Assembly (NCBI GenBank): GCA_000002445.1
Contig: CM000207.1
Location: 2,976,001 to 3,040,000 of the forward strand
Source: Trypanosoma brucei
Taxonomy: Eukaryota
Direction of reading: 5' to 3'
DNA length: 64,000 nt
Part shown: piece after piece, positions 51,054 through 63,900 of the stretch
Layout: the number at the start of each line of letters is the position of its first letter
Position numbering within the stretch: the stretch's first letter is position 1
Position numbers and translations under genes: made by a program
Notes under the pieces: model-generated
Databases searched by the model: none
Told to the model about the DNA's origin: nothing
The model's input: the letters and a program-made list of their open reading frames with translations, nothing else

Positions 51054-51069
51054 GTGTTAAAATATATTA
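51054..51069 (-). promoter_or_regulatory. 16-mer variant (reverse complement TAATATATTTTAACAC)
   Basis: One mismatch to the consensus, about 85 bp 3' of the VSG stop. Confidence 0.65.
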
Positions 51070-51155
51070 GAGTTTAGTGAGTTCTTTAAAAATAACAAAA
51101 TTTTATAAACCCATAAAATTGTACAAATATCTTTTACCGATAATTCTTAAAAGTG

Positions 51156-52598
51156 TTATGCTCGAAGAGAAAGTGCAAGCAGAATAGGAGCTTTTATCAC
51201 AAAAGAATTGCTTCCTGTGGTGTTTGTGGTTCCGGTTTTTTCTTTGTTTTCTCCATCCTCTTTCTTTTTGGGTTTGCAAATTTCCCCGTCCAGCTCGCAT
51301 TCCCCTTTGCATTCAGTTCTCTTCTTACCTGTGCAATCGTCTTCCTTTGCTTGGGTTGCTTTTGTTACTGATTTGGCTGCTTCTTCTGTTCTCTTGAGTG
51401 CTTGGCCTGAGAAATATGCCAGTGCGAAGCCATAGTTGTCGCTTTCACCCGCTGCTTTGATACTCGTTTTGCTTGCTCCTTTGTCTTGGCTTAGCTGCAG
51501 GTCGACCGTTTCTAGGGCGCTGAAAAACTTGTCAAGCGTTTTGCTGTCATCGGTGCCTAGTAGTTTTTTCACTGCGTTTTTACCTTGTTCGTTGTCTCCT
51601 TCTTTGGGAGTCTGACCTAGTGCCGCTAGTGCGAGTCTGTTGGCCTTTTCGCTGGCTCTCAGCTGGCCGACCGTTGTTTGCTTGATTGAACTTGTTGTTT
51701 GCGTTTGTATCTGCCTTGCGTTGCACAGGTAATGTGCTGTCCGTTTTCTATTTATTACGGCTTCGTCGCCGCTTGTCGCTTTTTTTGGCGACGTGCATTG
51801 GTTGCCAGCTTTGAACGGTTCGGTTGAGGCTGTTAATGTGTTGGCTTGTCCCTTTGTAGCGGTGCCGAGCCCTAGGAAATTGGTGCTTGTCATGGCCGCA
51901 CCGTCGCCGCAGCACCGGCCTCTTTCGCAGTTGGTCATTGAGGCGGGTGAGTTTCCGCGGCTTGCCATTTGTAGTTCGGCTTGTGGTGGCCTGAATGAAC
52001 TATCGTCGACCCCCTTGTAGTTGTCGTTGTTCGCTATCTCGCTGACGATGTTTTTGATATCGGCTGGTTCGGTTGCTTCGAGGAAACACTTGTCCGCCTT
52101 GGCCGTATTTAGTTGCATTTTCACGGTAACACCTAGGTCCGCGCTTCCAATTATGGTCGTCGGTGTCCCTGCTTTGACAGCTGTCTCGCCGTACTCGGCT
52201 GTCGTTGCCTGATTTAAGTGCCGTAGGGCTTTTAATTGGCCTTTCCTTCGAGCTCGCTCTGCAGCAGTCGATGTTATCGGTCCCGCTGCTTGACTTAACT
52301 TTGTTTGCACTGCCTCCGTCTTTGCGTCCGCTGCTATCGCTGCTAGAAACGCATATTTAGCTCCGTTTATTGTTCCATGGTGTTTTTCTGCTGCCAGAGT
52401 TAGGATATGTGCCTCATGTGTCAGTGTAGCAACGCTTTGGGCGGCATCTCCTGCTACTCGACTGTCGTGTGACTTAAGGTGCTGAAGGTACGCAATTTCG
52501 CCACATTCGTCAGAAACTGCTGCCACCGCAGTGCCATCGGACGCGCCGGCTGGACGAACAACGCATAGAAATAATAAAGCTGTGGCTACGCTTTTCAT
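51156..52598 (-). CDS. VSG: Apparently intact A-type VSG, about 480 aa from signal peptide MKSVATALLFLCVVRPAGASDG. Its C-terminal domain reads CTGKKRTECKGECELDGEICKPKKKEDGENKEKTGTTNTTGSNSFVIKAPILLALSLRA*.
   Basis: A single 497-aa ORF (51156..52649) with no interruptions and complete VSG domain architecture. Confidence 0.85.
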   Translation of the reverse strand: MKSVATALLFLCVVRPAGASDGTAVAAVSDECGEIAYLQHLKSHDSRVAGDAAQSVATLTHEAHILTLAAEKHHGTINGAKYAFLAAIAADAKTEAVQTKLSQAAGPITSTAAERARRKGQLKALRHLNQATTAEYGETAVKAGTPTTIIGSADLGVTVKMQLNTAKADKCFLEATEPADIKNIVSEIANNDNYKGVDDSSFRPPQAELQMASRGNSPASMTNCERGRCCGDGAAMTSTNFLGLGTATKGQANTLTASTEPFKAGNQCTSPKKATSGDEAVINRKRTAHYLCNARQIQTQTTSSIKQTTVGQLRASEKANRLALAALGQTPKEGDNEQGKNAVKKLLGTDDSKTLDKFFSALETVDLQLSQDKGASKTSIKAAGESDNYGFALAYFSGQALKRTEEAAKSVTKATQAKEDDCTGKKRTECKGECELDGEICKPKKKEDGENKEKTGTTNTTGSNSFVIKAPILLALSLRA

Positions 52599-54634
52599 GC
52601 CAGATCTGATTGTTGTCCCTGAGACGCTGTTACACGCTTGAACCGTCATCAGTTGCTGTTGCTAAGCAGTTTCGGCCGCTGGGTTGGATCTTGGGATGTT
52701 CGATTCGTATTAATGGTGTTATGAATTTAGGTTCAGTGTTGAGGGTTGTTGTGGAAGGTGCGCCTATATAAAGTGCTGTTAGAGTCAACCACTGTTACAC
52801 TTTGTACTGAATGGTTAATGTGTTTGCTTGGTTTTCGGTAAGAAAGGGGGTTGAGCAGTTTGAAATACTGTATTGGCGTTTAGAACCTCAAAAAATCTTC
52901 AACGCTTCTGATCACCGGTGCATAGTCTGAAGGTTTTCAGGTATCGTGTGTTCAATGACAACACCATTTTACAAAACCCAAAACATTCAAGATTTAAAGC
53001 GAGCCGTAGTTAAAAAAATTGTCGTATTTTTCAGCCTTTTTCCGCTTCAACGATTGTCTATCGTCCTTGGTTGTAATTATAAAATGTCCCTCGTATGCGC
53101 TTCTGCGTTATTGACGCATGCTTCTGTACTTTAAGATTCAACACTGGAGTAAAAAGCACAGTCGGTAACATTATTTCTGCAAGAGAGACTCCATTTGCAA
53201 GCGAAATACGGAGTATCATTTCTCCCGCGTCATTTTCCGTTGCTGCATTCAATTCATTCGTTATCTTGTTGTTGCAAAGGTGCCCTCACTCCGCTACATG
53301 GGCTGCGCTGTTGTATGCTATTGTTACCCTTATTGATAACTTGAACTACCCAACGTTTACAACGCCTCTTGGCATCTTTGTTAAAAAACTTATGGCGAGT
53401 AATTTCGCCATGCTTATGATCAGCGTCATTTTGGAGAGCTTTATTTGATTGCGCGTGCTCCTCTTCTGTGGTTTGATCCGTGCTTTTCTTTTCTTTTGTC
53501 TATGGTATGTGTTTGTTTGGCGTTGGAATGATGGGTTGTTTTACCTCTCCTGGAAAAGTGGGGTGTTTTTGTGTTGAGCGTGGCAAGTTTCGCTTTGTGA
53601 ATTCCAGTTAATAGAACATCGCTAACAATCCAAATAATTTTTGAGTTTCCCATTTTTCAGTGCGAGTTTGGTGTCTGCTCGTGCCTGCTGTTGATGCATT
53701 AAAAAATAACGCTCATTTTGTGAAATAATTGTCGTCAAATATTGTGGTCAGCGCCGTCTTCCATTATCAGCCTAAAAACCACAGTGACAGTCACTTCTAC
53801 TGTTTCTCCATCCATTTTGTATGGAATTTGGTGTATCATCGGCTCTTCCTGCTCATTCTTCCTCAGCACCGCCTTCTTCGCAATCGCAGCCACTTCTATG
53901 CCATTAACTTCAGCTGCATATTATACGTGTTTCATTCTACTTTTTGTGCATGTACACCATGTGAAGTGAGAATAACTTACTGCTGCTCTTTTTCAGGGAT
54001 TCCATCTTTTTTGGACTTAACTGTCTCCATTTCTTCCATTTGTGCTATTTTTACAGCTCTATGCATGTTTTTGTTGCTTTCTTTCAAAGTTAACCATATA
54101 GGAAGCTATGGGTCAACAAAACGCTTATGAGAAATGACTGCTGCTTCGTGTTCCCTGCTATGTTGGACCTACTTGCTTTATTATAAGGAGTCTTGTTCCT
54201 GCCTCATATCTTTTCCGATTCGGTTCCTTGTAGATGCTGCTACAGCTTACTGTTTCTACACTGTGTTGTGATATAATAACAGCTTTATTGCTACTCTTCC
54301 TTGTCAATTTTGCCGTTATTAATTTTTGAGGCCCTCGTTTTCAACGATAACACACTAGGTTTGAGAAAATTACCCCAAATCAACCTCTATACAAATTTCC
54401 CTCCACTTCCTCCAGTATATTTATGTTAAAAAGTCTCAGTTTTCCACACTTCCAGACCATATAACTACATTAACATTTTCTCCAGTTACCATTTCCCCGA
54501 GTGCAAGCTACGCAACGAGTTTAACCGTTCCCCTCAACAACCACCGACTCATCTGCATATGCTTCGCAGTTAGTTTCATTTTACCCATGCAGCTACTTTA
54601 AGTGCATTTACGTTGAATTTTCATGCATCTTTCA

Positions 54635-54740
54635 CCATAATTTTTATTATTATATTAGTATATACACACTCACAACACTCTTCTATCATAATCATCGTTT
54701 TCATTGCTATTACTATTATAACTATAACTAATATCCACGG
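54635..54740 (-). repeat. 70-bp repeat (minus)
   Basis: CACCATAATTTTTATTATTATATTAGTATATACACACTCACAACACTCTTCTATCATAATCATC.. Confidence 0.8.
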
Positions 54741-54958
54741 AACAAAAAATAAAAAAATAGAATAACATTCATTTTTCATATTCTATTATCACACTACTTT
54801 GTACAAGCAGGGTATTATCGTAGATTGTTCAAATTTTTGAAAAATTTTAAAAAATTTAGAAAGTGATAAAATATATAAATTTTAGAAAAGTTTACCAAAT
54901 CCTTTCAAAATGCAAATATCATAAGTTTCATAAATATAATGAAATAGAGAAAATATCC

Positions 54959-56495
54959 TTAAAAATAATAAAATGCGACTAAACTCACAAGATCAGCGTA
55001 AATGAGAGAATATTTCTGATATATAAGGGTACTTGAATCTTTGCAACTTTCACCCTCCCATTTGCAACCATCTTTACATACTTTTTCTTCTTTTCCTTTG
55101 CATTTCTCTGTTTCTGTTTCCATCCCCTAAGTTTGAGTTTGTGTTGCAGGGACACCTTTTTCTTTCGTTTTTTCAGCGTAAATTTGCATTTTTTCTTGTC
55201 CGCGCCGTCTTTTTGATAAGTGAAATAATCGTTGGCGTTGCACTCAGTATCTTTTTTTATAGCTTCGCATTCTTTCTTTTTGTCTTGTACTTTCGCTTCA
55301 ACTTCTTTATCGTTGCTCCGCGGCCCTATCGGTGCTGCAGCGACTACTGAAATTTCTGGTTAGTCTTCCTCATAAATTAACCATTTTTCTAGTTGTGTTA
55401 TCGCTTTTATTTGAGCTACTTACGTCTTATGCATTGCAACCGCTTCTTCGTGTTTGGTTAGTTTGGTCCCTAGTTCATTAAGGTCCTTGACCCAGTTAAT
55501 GTCGGTCAATGGGTCGCCGGCTGTATCCGTTATTGTCGAGTATGCGACGCAGCCGCCAGTTGTGGTACCGCTGCAGGCGGTTTCGTGTGCACCGAAAAAT
55601 GATCCCGTGTTCGTTCGCTTGAGTAGGCTGGTGAATGCTGAGATTCTGCTTTCTAGTTTGCCAGTTTTTAGTAGTGAGGCTTGCGGTTTGTTGCACAGCT
55701 TTCTTACCTCGTCTGTGGTGGTTTTCCCGGGGTGTGTTGACGCTGTCCACGTTCCTGTCAGGGCTGTTCCAGTGTACGCTCTTGCCAGGTTCCCGGCGTT
55801 GCCGCCGTCCTCTGCACAAATGCAAGTTAAGACAGCTATCGTAGTTGTTGCTTTCGTCTCTTTAGCACCCCGACGAAATTTGTTGTTCGTCCGGCCGTTG
55901 GGTTATTGAACTACTTTGTCAGAGCAGCCCCTATTGCCGGCTCACCATCTTGTCCGTACACAACTTTGTTGATGGTCGGCTGTACGTCCTTTTCATCCAG
56001 AAAAATCGCCCGTCGGCGCCTCTCTTTCAGTTTGCAGTTTGATTTCTTCGCTTTCGCGGCCAGCTTTTGGATGCGGTGCCGTAGCGTCGCCAGATTTTTT
56101 GGTTTTATATTCTGTATTTTGTATTTAGCTTTGTGTTTGTCAACCTCTGCAGGCTTTAGTACTTTTACTGCCTGTTTTTTCCACGCCTCCAACCGCGCGC
56201 CAGTCTGGTTTGCGGGTTTTGTCGTCTTCTTTGAAGTCCTTTGCTTCTTCTTTCTTGTCTCCGTTACGAAACAAGTCTAGCCAGGCTGGCTGCGCTAGGG
56301 TCATATTCAGCTCCAGCAGTTCATCTAAGACGTCTTCTAGTGCGGTCGGTTGCTTTACCACTGTTGAGCGTTCACCTGCTAATTCGATGAGGCCGCAGAT
56401 GGTAGCTTTTGCGCTTGTTTGCTGTGTTCGCCGATAGCGCAGGTTGTTTGTCGCGGCATCGCGATGGCGAGAACGGCTATGACAAAAAACCGCAT
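54959..56495 (-). pseudogene. VSG: VSG pseudogene (B-type) with multiple frameshifts. The start is MRFFVIAVLAIAMP. with the ATG at 56495. The tail is CKDGCKWEGESCKDSSTLIYQKYSLIYADLVSLVAFYYF*.
   Basis: Signal peptide, N-domain fragments (ORFs 56140..56361 and 55911..56192) and the C-terminal domain/GPI tail are recovered in different frames. A 16-mer variant is at 54873-54888. Confidence 0.7.
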
Positions 56496-58009
56496 CAGAA
56501 AGCTGAAGTTCCGTGTTTGAAATGCCATAGAACTTTTGCTGTGGGTGCTGGGTGTGGTTTGGGAAGTGTGGTTAGGTGTTGTTTGTGAATTTCTTGGGTT
56601 TGGTGTTGTGCTTATTTAGCATGTTAGCGTTATATATTCTCCTTTAGGTATATCTTTGTTGGCTGTTTTATTTAGATCTTGTTACTGATCTTCTTCGACC
56701 TCTTCTGAAAGATTTTCTGGTTCTTATGAGATTATAAGGCACCTGAATTGATATCCGCTGTATATCAACCACATTTCTTACTGAACGGTAATTGCCAACG
56801 CTATCACTGCTAGAATTTTACTCTTTCATATAAATTATCGCTGCAATATCGCGGCTCATTCGTTTTTAAAGCTGGTATTGTGATCTAAAGTCGGCTGCTT
56901 TCTCCATATTGTGCTAATATTATAATCCTTTTGGATCATAAACAATGTTTAATATAATTTCATCAGTCATGTGCGTCCATTGCTGTGCAAAAATAGCCTT
57001 GTTTGTTTTCTTTTTATTAGCAGTTTCTTTTTACTGTTTATTGCCTATTATTCTGCCCCTTTTGTGGCGGTATCGTGCTACTTTTCCTCTTTTTTTTAGC
57101 GCCAAGTTGTGCTCCATAAGTCAACATTAATTTCTTTGCTTGCGTCAGGTGCTCTTTGCGGCATTGATGTTATAAGTTTGGTGCAATCAATTTTCACTCT
57201 AAATGCGCTTGTGTCGTCCCTTCCATTGTGGTTTTATTTGTTGACTTTACACTCGACGACAAAGAAAGCCGTGATGAAGTTGAAATATCGCTTATGATTT
57301 GTTTTCAAAGGGGTATTATATTTTATAAGGCGAATGACATTGACGTTTTGTAATGCGTCTCGTTTTCAGTGTACTAAATATGCTATTTAACCTAACCTTT
57401 TAGACCTACACAAGATATCATCCTAGAACAACAAACTGTTTGCTGCTACCTAATAACTTTTCAAATCCACCTTGTTGTAGGCACCACTAAGGCTCAGTGT
57501 TATTACACTATCATGTGAAGCAATAATCCTTACATTTCTGTTTTTTGTTTGTTGCATTGAAGTAGTATTCCGCTTTTTGTTGACCTTTTTAACGTTGGTG
57601 CTGTGTATCGTTGTTTGCCAGGTTTATTCTAATCATTAACTGTCTTTAGTTTCTTCATTTTCCGAGCACTTATTGCAGGTTAGAAACGCGTTTTTAGTCA
57701 AATCATACGCCGTTTACTAGCTGCACTCTCCTTGTCATATTTCAGTTTATCCACAATAGCCATTAGAGGGAAAATAATTTACTCTCCAAAAACGTTCCTC
57801 AGAGAAAATTGGAAGTGGCCCTTTTGAATGCTTTTTACCTCATCTGCTTCTTTATATCAGTTTCAGCTACTCCACTTGGCTTTAATGCTGCGCTGTGTCT
57901 CTACCTTATTATCAATTCATTATCTCCTTGTTTATAGTGACTGGCATTTTCATGTTTGCATATGCACGTGAGAGCACTCCATCTCCTTCTTTTGCTGTCT
58001 TTCTATCTT

Positions 58010-58100
58010 TCCTTTAATAATATTCTTCATGATATCTCTCTCTCTCACTCGTTTATTGTCATTATCCTTACTATTACTACTACCACAAAAGATAACCGTA
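58010..58100 (-). repeat. Degenerate 70-bp repeat (minus)
   Basis: CCTTTAATAATATTCTTCATGATATCTCTCTCTCTCACTCGTTTATTGTCATTATCCTTACTATTACTACTACC. Confidence 0.55.
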
Positions 58101-58241
58101 AAATTGACCAAGTAAACAAAACAGAAAAAATAAACAAAATAGCAAAATTTTAAATACTGTATCGCCCTACTTCTTTACACCGATAGGAACCAATCATACA
58201 CATTTCACTAAATTTTTAATTTTTCAAAGTTTGACAAAAAA

Positions 58242-58257
58242 ATGTTAAAATATATCA
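58242..58257 (-). promoter_or_regulatory. 16-mer variant (reverse complement TGATATATTTTAACAT)
   Basis: One mismatch to the consensus. Confidence 0.65.
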
Positions 58258-58334
58258 AATTTTTGTAAATGTTAGAAAATTATCTCAAAATAACAACTTT
58301 CACAAAATTAAACAAAAAACTATAAAATATTACC

Positions 58335-59918
58335 ATTCGGGCAAAATCATCAGCCATAAAAACCAATTTTTTATTTGCAAGGAAACTGGATACGTAATTT
58401 TGGTTAAACTTTTTCCTGTCCATCGATGAAATCAATCAAGCTCAAACAGATTTCTTTCCCTCCTTAGGTTTTCCTGGCGCCTTGGAATATTTTTCTTGGT
58501 CAGTATACTGGCAACAATTGGGGTCCTCTGTTGCTGCCGCTCCTGCTCCCCTTTGGGCTTCTTGCTTTATTGCTGTCGTATTAAATTTGCAGTGTTTTCC
58601 ATCTTTCGCGTCACCGCCCTCCCATTTGCAGTTTCCATTCTTTCTGCAGAGAGCTGCTTTTTTTATTGCTGCGCAGTTTTTAGTTACCTTTTCCGTTTGG
58701 GTGCGCTCTTGTCGTGTTTTGCTGTTTCTATTTGTTGTTGCCGCTCGCTTTACAGCAGTACCTGCACTAGTTGCTTTTTTGCTTTTAGTTGTCTTGCCGC
58801 CTCCCGCCTTATTTGCACTACTTGCTCGTGCTGTCTCAGCTGCGTTGCTATTGCAGAGAGTCCGCCGACCCACGGGATGTCTGTTACTTTGTCCGTGGTG
58901 TCCGTGCCGAGATTGCTGTACTTGACACACATGCCCCCATCTTTTTTTCCTGTGCATGCGCCGTTGATCGTTTTGCCTAGGGTTGCTTGACCGCTTTTCC
59001 TTGCTATCAATCCAGTGACTGCCGCTAACCTTGTTTCTAGGGAAGCGGCTGATAGTCTATGTTTGGTTTTGAGATCGCAGAGCTTTACAGGCTGTGAGAT
59101 TACTGTTGCCGTTGGTGCAGACGTGGGGTTCCAGTCAGTTGTCAGTCCTGTTGTGTGTTCACAGGCTTTTTGTTCGTTGCCGGCTTTAGATTCGTCTGCC
59201 GTGCAGACGCAAATCAGGGCCGCCGTTACTGTTGTTGCCTTGTTGGTTGTCGTTGTCCCTGCGCAATAGCCTTCTCGCGTTCCACCCGGTGTTGTTGCAA
59301 ATAGCTTCGCCGCCGCAGTGGGTGGTTCTGCTGCTGGTGTTTCTCCGTACACTTGCTTGTTTATGAGTGTTTTGACCTTATCTTCTGTCAGTAGGTCGCT
59401 GTCCGGGGTTTCGGCTAATGCTAACGTTTCTATTGCTTCAGCCTCGGCGGCTATCCTAGCGACTGCTTCCAGTATTGACAGACGCTGCTCCTGTGTCAGT
59501 GCTTGGTGTTTGTGTTTTGTCAATGCGTCTTCCTGGTCGCTTGGTTTTAATAGCAGCTCAGCCGCCCTTTTCTATTTCGGCCACTTTCCGGGCCAATCTT
59601 TGTTCACCGCGAAGTCTGCTTGCGGAAAGTCACGCGGCTTTTCCCTGGCGTCTGGCTGCCGGAAAATGTCAAGCCAGCTACTATCTGCCAGCGACATATT
59701 TAGCTCTAGAAGATCTGCCAGGTCTGTATCGAGCCGCGATTTGCTCGACTCCAGTGCTGCGCGGTCATTTTATAATTCGATTAAGCCGCAGAGGGCACCT
59801 CGCTACCACACGTTGTCGTCTTTTCCTACGTTTCCTCGCGCGGTGTGCGTTGTTAGAACTATGGCAATAACTATCGCCACTTGTAGATGACTGCCGCGTC
59901 TTTGTGGCAGTGGCGGCA
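58335..59918 (-). pseudogene. VSG: VSG pseudogene (B-type), a paralogue of the 54959..56495 copy. The N-domain ORF is 58750..59523, the C-terminal-domain ORF 58442..58957, and there are an in-frame stop and frameshifts near the N-terminus.
   Basis: The N-terminus ..CGLIEL.NDRAALESSKSRLDTDLADLLELNMSLADSSWLDIFRQ.. parallels ..ICGLIELAGERSTVVKQPTALEDVLDELLELNMTLAQPAWLDLFRN.. of the neighbouring VSG. Confidence 0.7.
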
Positions 59919-60904
59919 TTACGACGTTTACTAGTTTCTTCTTTTTAAAGGATGTGCGTTGAAGCTGAGGCGTTGGTTTTTTTTGTTACAGTTTGGTGCT
60001 ATAGAAGATTGCCATTTTCTGTTCAGTGCCTTTCCGACCTTTTAGAGTAGCCAAAGCTAGAGTTCTTTTGTTTAACGCTGAATCGGTAACGATTATAAAA
60101 TGGAAGTGCTTTTCTTTTGTGCTGGTTTAGTAAGATGATCTTGTTGCCTTATAGAAGATGAATGTGACCTTCTATGGGCAATCTCCATAAGTTGAAAACT
60201 AATTGAGCTTTTGGTGTCTTTTTTACACCTACAGCAGCCAACGCATCCTTTGAACACTGGATTTATAAAATTACGCTCAAAAACGTCCTAAATATTGGTT
60301 TTAGGTATATTTTAACTCTTAATTCTAATATACGTCACTCTATATCTATAACTATTGCATCTTTCCTTCACATTCCCAATTCCCTACCTGTTTGCTTTTA
60401 AAAACTTTAGAGAGGTCTGTAAATGTAAAAAAAATGGAATTTATGATTTTCACTCTCTTCTATCAACTTCTGCATCCTATGTTTTCCCTGAACTTCGAAG
60501 CACAAGATAACACTGTTGCTTCTCACACACGTGGCCCCTTTTTTCCTTTTTTTTTGGAGTGGTGATACTGAGTTCCTCAGACGTTCGAAATTGAAAATTT
60601 CTGTGTAGACGTATGCTGCTAATCTTGGTCTTGCGGTTACCATTATATGTGATACGCTTGTTTTAAACTGTTTTATCGCCGGCCCGTATATCAACACGGG
60701 TTTTTTGATATCGCCATTAATTTTCTATATTTTATAGAAATAGTCTGCGGTTACATCTGCGTGTATTATTGTTCTCTCATTGCTTCTTCCCGCCGGGGGT
60801 TCGGTCAGCCACCTACTCCTCAGTATTCACCATGCACGCCGTGCTATATGCATTGCTTGTGCCGCTTCGATGTGTTTCGCCGTGGTCTGGATTTGGCTTT
60901 ATAC

Positions 60905-63900
60905 CCTGGCGATGCCGGCCACCTCAACGTGGTGCCAGGGTCCAGTACACCGTATCATCGGGGGAATCCAAGAGCCAGCAGCGTTCCTCTCATGGGGAAC
61001 ACTGCTTTGCTCCGGCTACGGCATCATACAGTACAGGGATCAGCAGCGTCTTGCTGGGACACCGTTTTTCATTTGTCCGTCCCTGGGCACGTGCCAGCGT
61101 GCCATCAGCAGTATCATCCGCACTAAGATGCTGCTGTCCGGTGATGTGGAAAAAAATCCCAGTCCGTCGTTGCGCGGGATGCAGTGGAACTGCGCCGGGC
61201 TATATCAAGGAAAGAGATTAGCACTCCACAAAACCCTTGTTGATGAGCGGATCGCCTTTTGTCTGTTGAGCGAGACAAGGATGACGCCTGGAGAGGCGGC
61301 TTGCTTTAGCGTTGCTGGCTACCAACATCACTGAATAGCTCGTAACTGCAAATGAGGTGGTGTATCAATACTAGTGAGGGAGGACCTACCAGTCGAGACC
61401 GGTATGGCCGTTGTTGGTCGCATTGAACAAGTGCATGCAACAATTCACCTTGCACGTGGAACGGCGCTGACTGTCACGTCGGCATACATCCCACCAAAAC
61501 ACACCTTCACGGCAACTGACCTAGATACGCTTCTGACGACTGACGGTGCCCAGCTCATCGGTGCAGACGCTAACGCACACGCGTTGGCATAGGATCGCGC
61601 GAACCCACCAAATACAAAGGGTGAAACCCTCACACAGTGGTGCATTGACAACCAGTTTCTGGTCTGTAACACTGGTGAGTGCACCAGGTACGCACGCCAC
61701 CACGGGGAGTCCACCCCTGATGTGACACTGTCAAGGAATTGTACAGTGTACACGTGGACATCGCTGTATTCTCCCGATAGCGATCACCATCACATATTTT
61801 TCGACGTTATCGTTGGAGACGGCACAGATGCACTGAGTTGCCCGCGGCTTCGAAAGCCCATGTACGCATGACTAAAAGCTGACTGGAAGAATTTCCGTCT
61901 CAAGGTTGACGAGTACTGCAGGAAAATTGGTAGAGAGAAGAACGTCAACACCCTGGAACAGAAATTAAGCTCCACTATCCGCACTGCGACGAAGTTCTCC
62001 GTCCCCCGTGGCTGCAGAGCAACGCCACCACATTGGACACCTGAGCTCGCGAAACTCGATGAAGAGATTGCTGGATGCGGACTCTCCCACCGAAGGGAAA
62101 AGTTGGTAGCCACGCGTAAGCAGATCCTGGACCGTACCACAAAAAAGAGATGGAGCACGCTATGCTCCAGACTTGCGGTGTCAGACCGCTGCAGTTGGCA
62201 CATTGTCAAGAAGGTATATGCGCCACGACCACTAACCACACCGGCTGTACTTGTTGATAACGCGGCCATCACGGACTACTGTCAAGCTGAGAGGTTCAGT
62301 AAACTGTACTCGTCTCAAGCAAGAAGGCATCCCGACTCACACCCACCATCACCCATAAAGACGACAGAGAGTGAGTTCAGTCCCATCACGATGGCTGAAC
62401 TACGGAGATCGATCAAACTGCTACCGAGTGGATCCGCAGCCGGACCTGATTGCTTATACAACGAGGCACTGCAACATCTCGGTAGAACAGCGCTGAATGT
62501 TGTTCTGAGGCTATTCAATGAGAGCCTACGAACGGGAGTCGTGCCGCCTGCATGGAAGACTGGTGTTATCATCCCCATCCTGAAGGCCGGAAAAAAGGCG
62601 GAGGACCTCGATTCTTACAGGCCTGTGACGCTCACGAGCTGTCTCTGCAAAGTCATGGAGCGCATAATTGCCGCGAGGCTTAGAGACACTGTTGAGTCCC
62701 AGCTGACGCCGCAGCAATCAGGCTTTCGCCCCGGATGCTCAACACTCGAACAACTCCTGCAGGTCGGTGCTGCCCTTTGCCGCCCCACGCACCATAATCG
62801 TACGGGTGCTGTATTCGTTGACTACGAGAAGGCAATTGATGCAGTAGACCACGACAAAATTGCGAGGGAAATGCACAGAATGAAGGTATCACCCCACATT
62901 GTGAAGTGGTGCGTATCATTTCTGAGTAACCGAACTGGCAGAGTGAGATTCAAGGAGAAGCTTTCCAGAAGCAGAACATTTGAGCGAGGAGTGCCACAGG
63001 GAACTGTCCTTGGCCCAATCATGTTCATTATTGTCATGAACTCGTTGAGCCAACGCCTTGCAGAAGTGCCGTTACTGCAGCACAGATTCTTTGCAGACGA
63101 CCTGAAGCTACTTGCGAGGCACACAGAGAGGGATGTCATCAACCACACACTATAGTGCGGCCTCAACGTGGTGTTACAGTGGTCAAAAGAGTACTTCATG
63201 TCTATCAACGTAGCGAAAACAGAGTGCACACTCTTCGGGTGTATAGAGCGCCACCCCCTTACATCACAACTAGACGGCGAAAGAATAGGAGCTGACAGGA
63301 CACCGAAGCTTCTAGGAGTAACATTCCAGTGTCTGCAGGGGATGGCAACACATGCAGCCGAAACGAGACGCAAGATGGACTTCCGACTACTGCAGATAGC
63401 AGCCATCTCAGCTTCTACATGGGGGCCAAGACGACAAGTACTGAGAGCTTTTTATCTAGCACTCGTACAGGCACACACCATGTATGGCATTGAGGTATGG
63501 TACTGGGACGCTTCGGAACGAAGTCGCGACCTCCTTGCAGCAGCACAACACAAGGGTAGTCGCATCATAGCTGGCATACCGCATGGGACGCGCAAAGAGG
63601 ACTCTCTGCTGGAAGCAAACCTCCTGCCACTCAAGACGGCCACTCTTGTGCGCAGCATGAAATTCATGCTGATGTGTGAGTCACGAGGCGGATGTTTGCG
63701 GCGCAGTGCTGAAGAAGTATACCACAGCAAACATGCAGTCAGAGCCCTACATTCCCGCATCATGCGGTCCTACCCCCACCTCCGCATTGAGCCACGCGAG
63801 CACCCACTAGAGACAGCGACGCTCCGCCACAGCTGCCGACCGATGTTTCACACGCAGATAAAGCCTGTGTGCGCTGATGACCCTGACGATGTCAAAAGGG

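Noticed and set aside
55496..55825. Arg-rich 109-aa ORF (MHLCRGRRQRREPGK...)
   Set aside because: It is an alternate frame inside the VSG pseudogene at 54959..56495 and is not VSG-like or otherwise recognisable.
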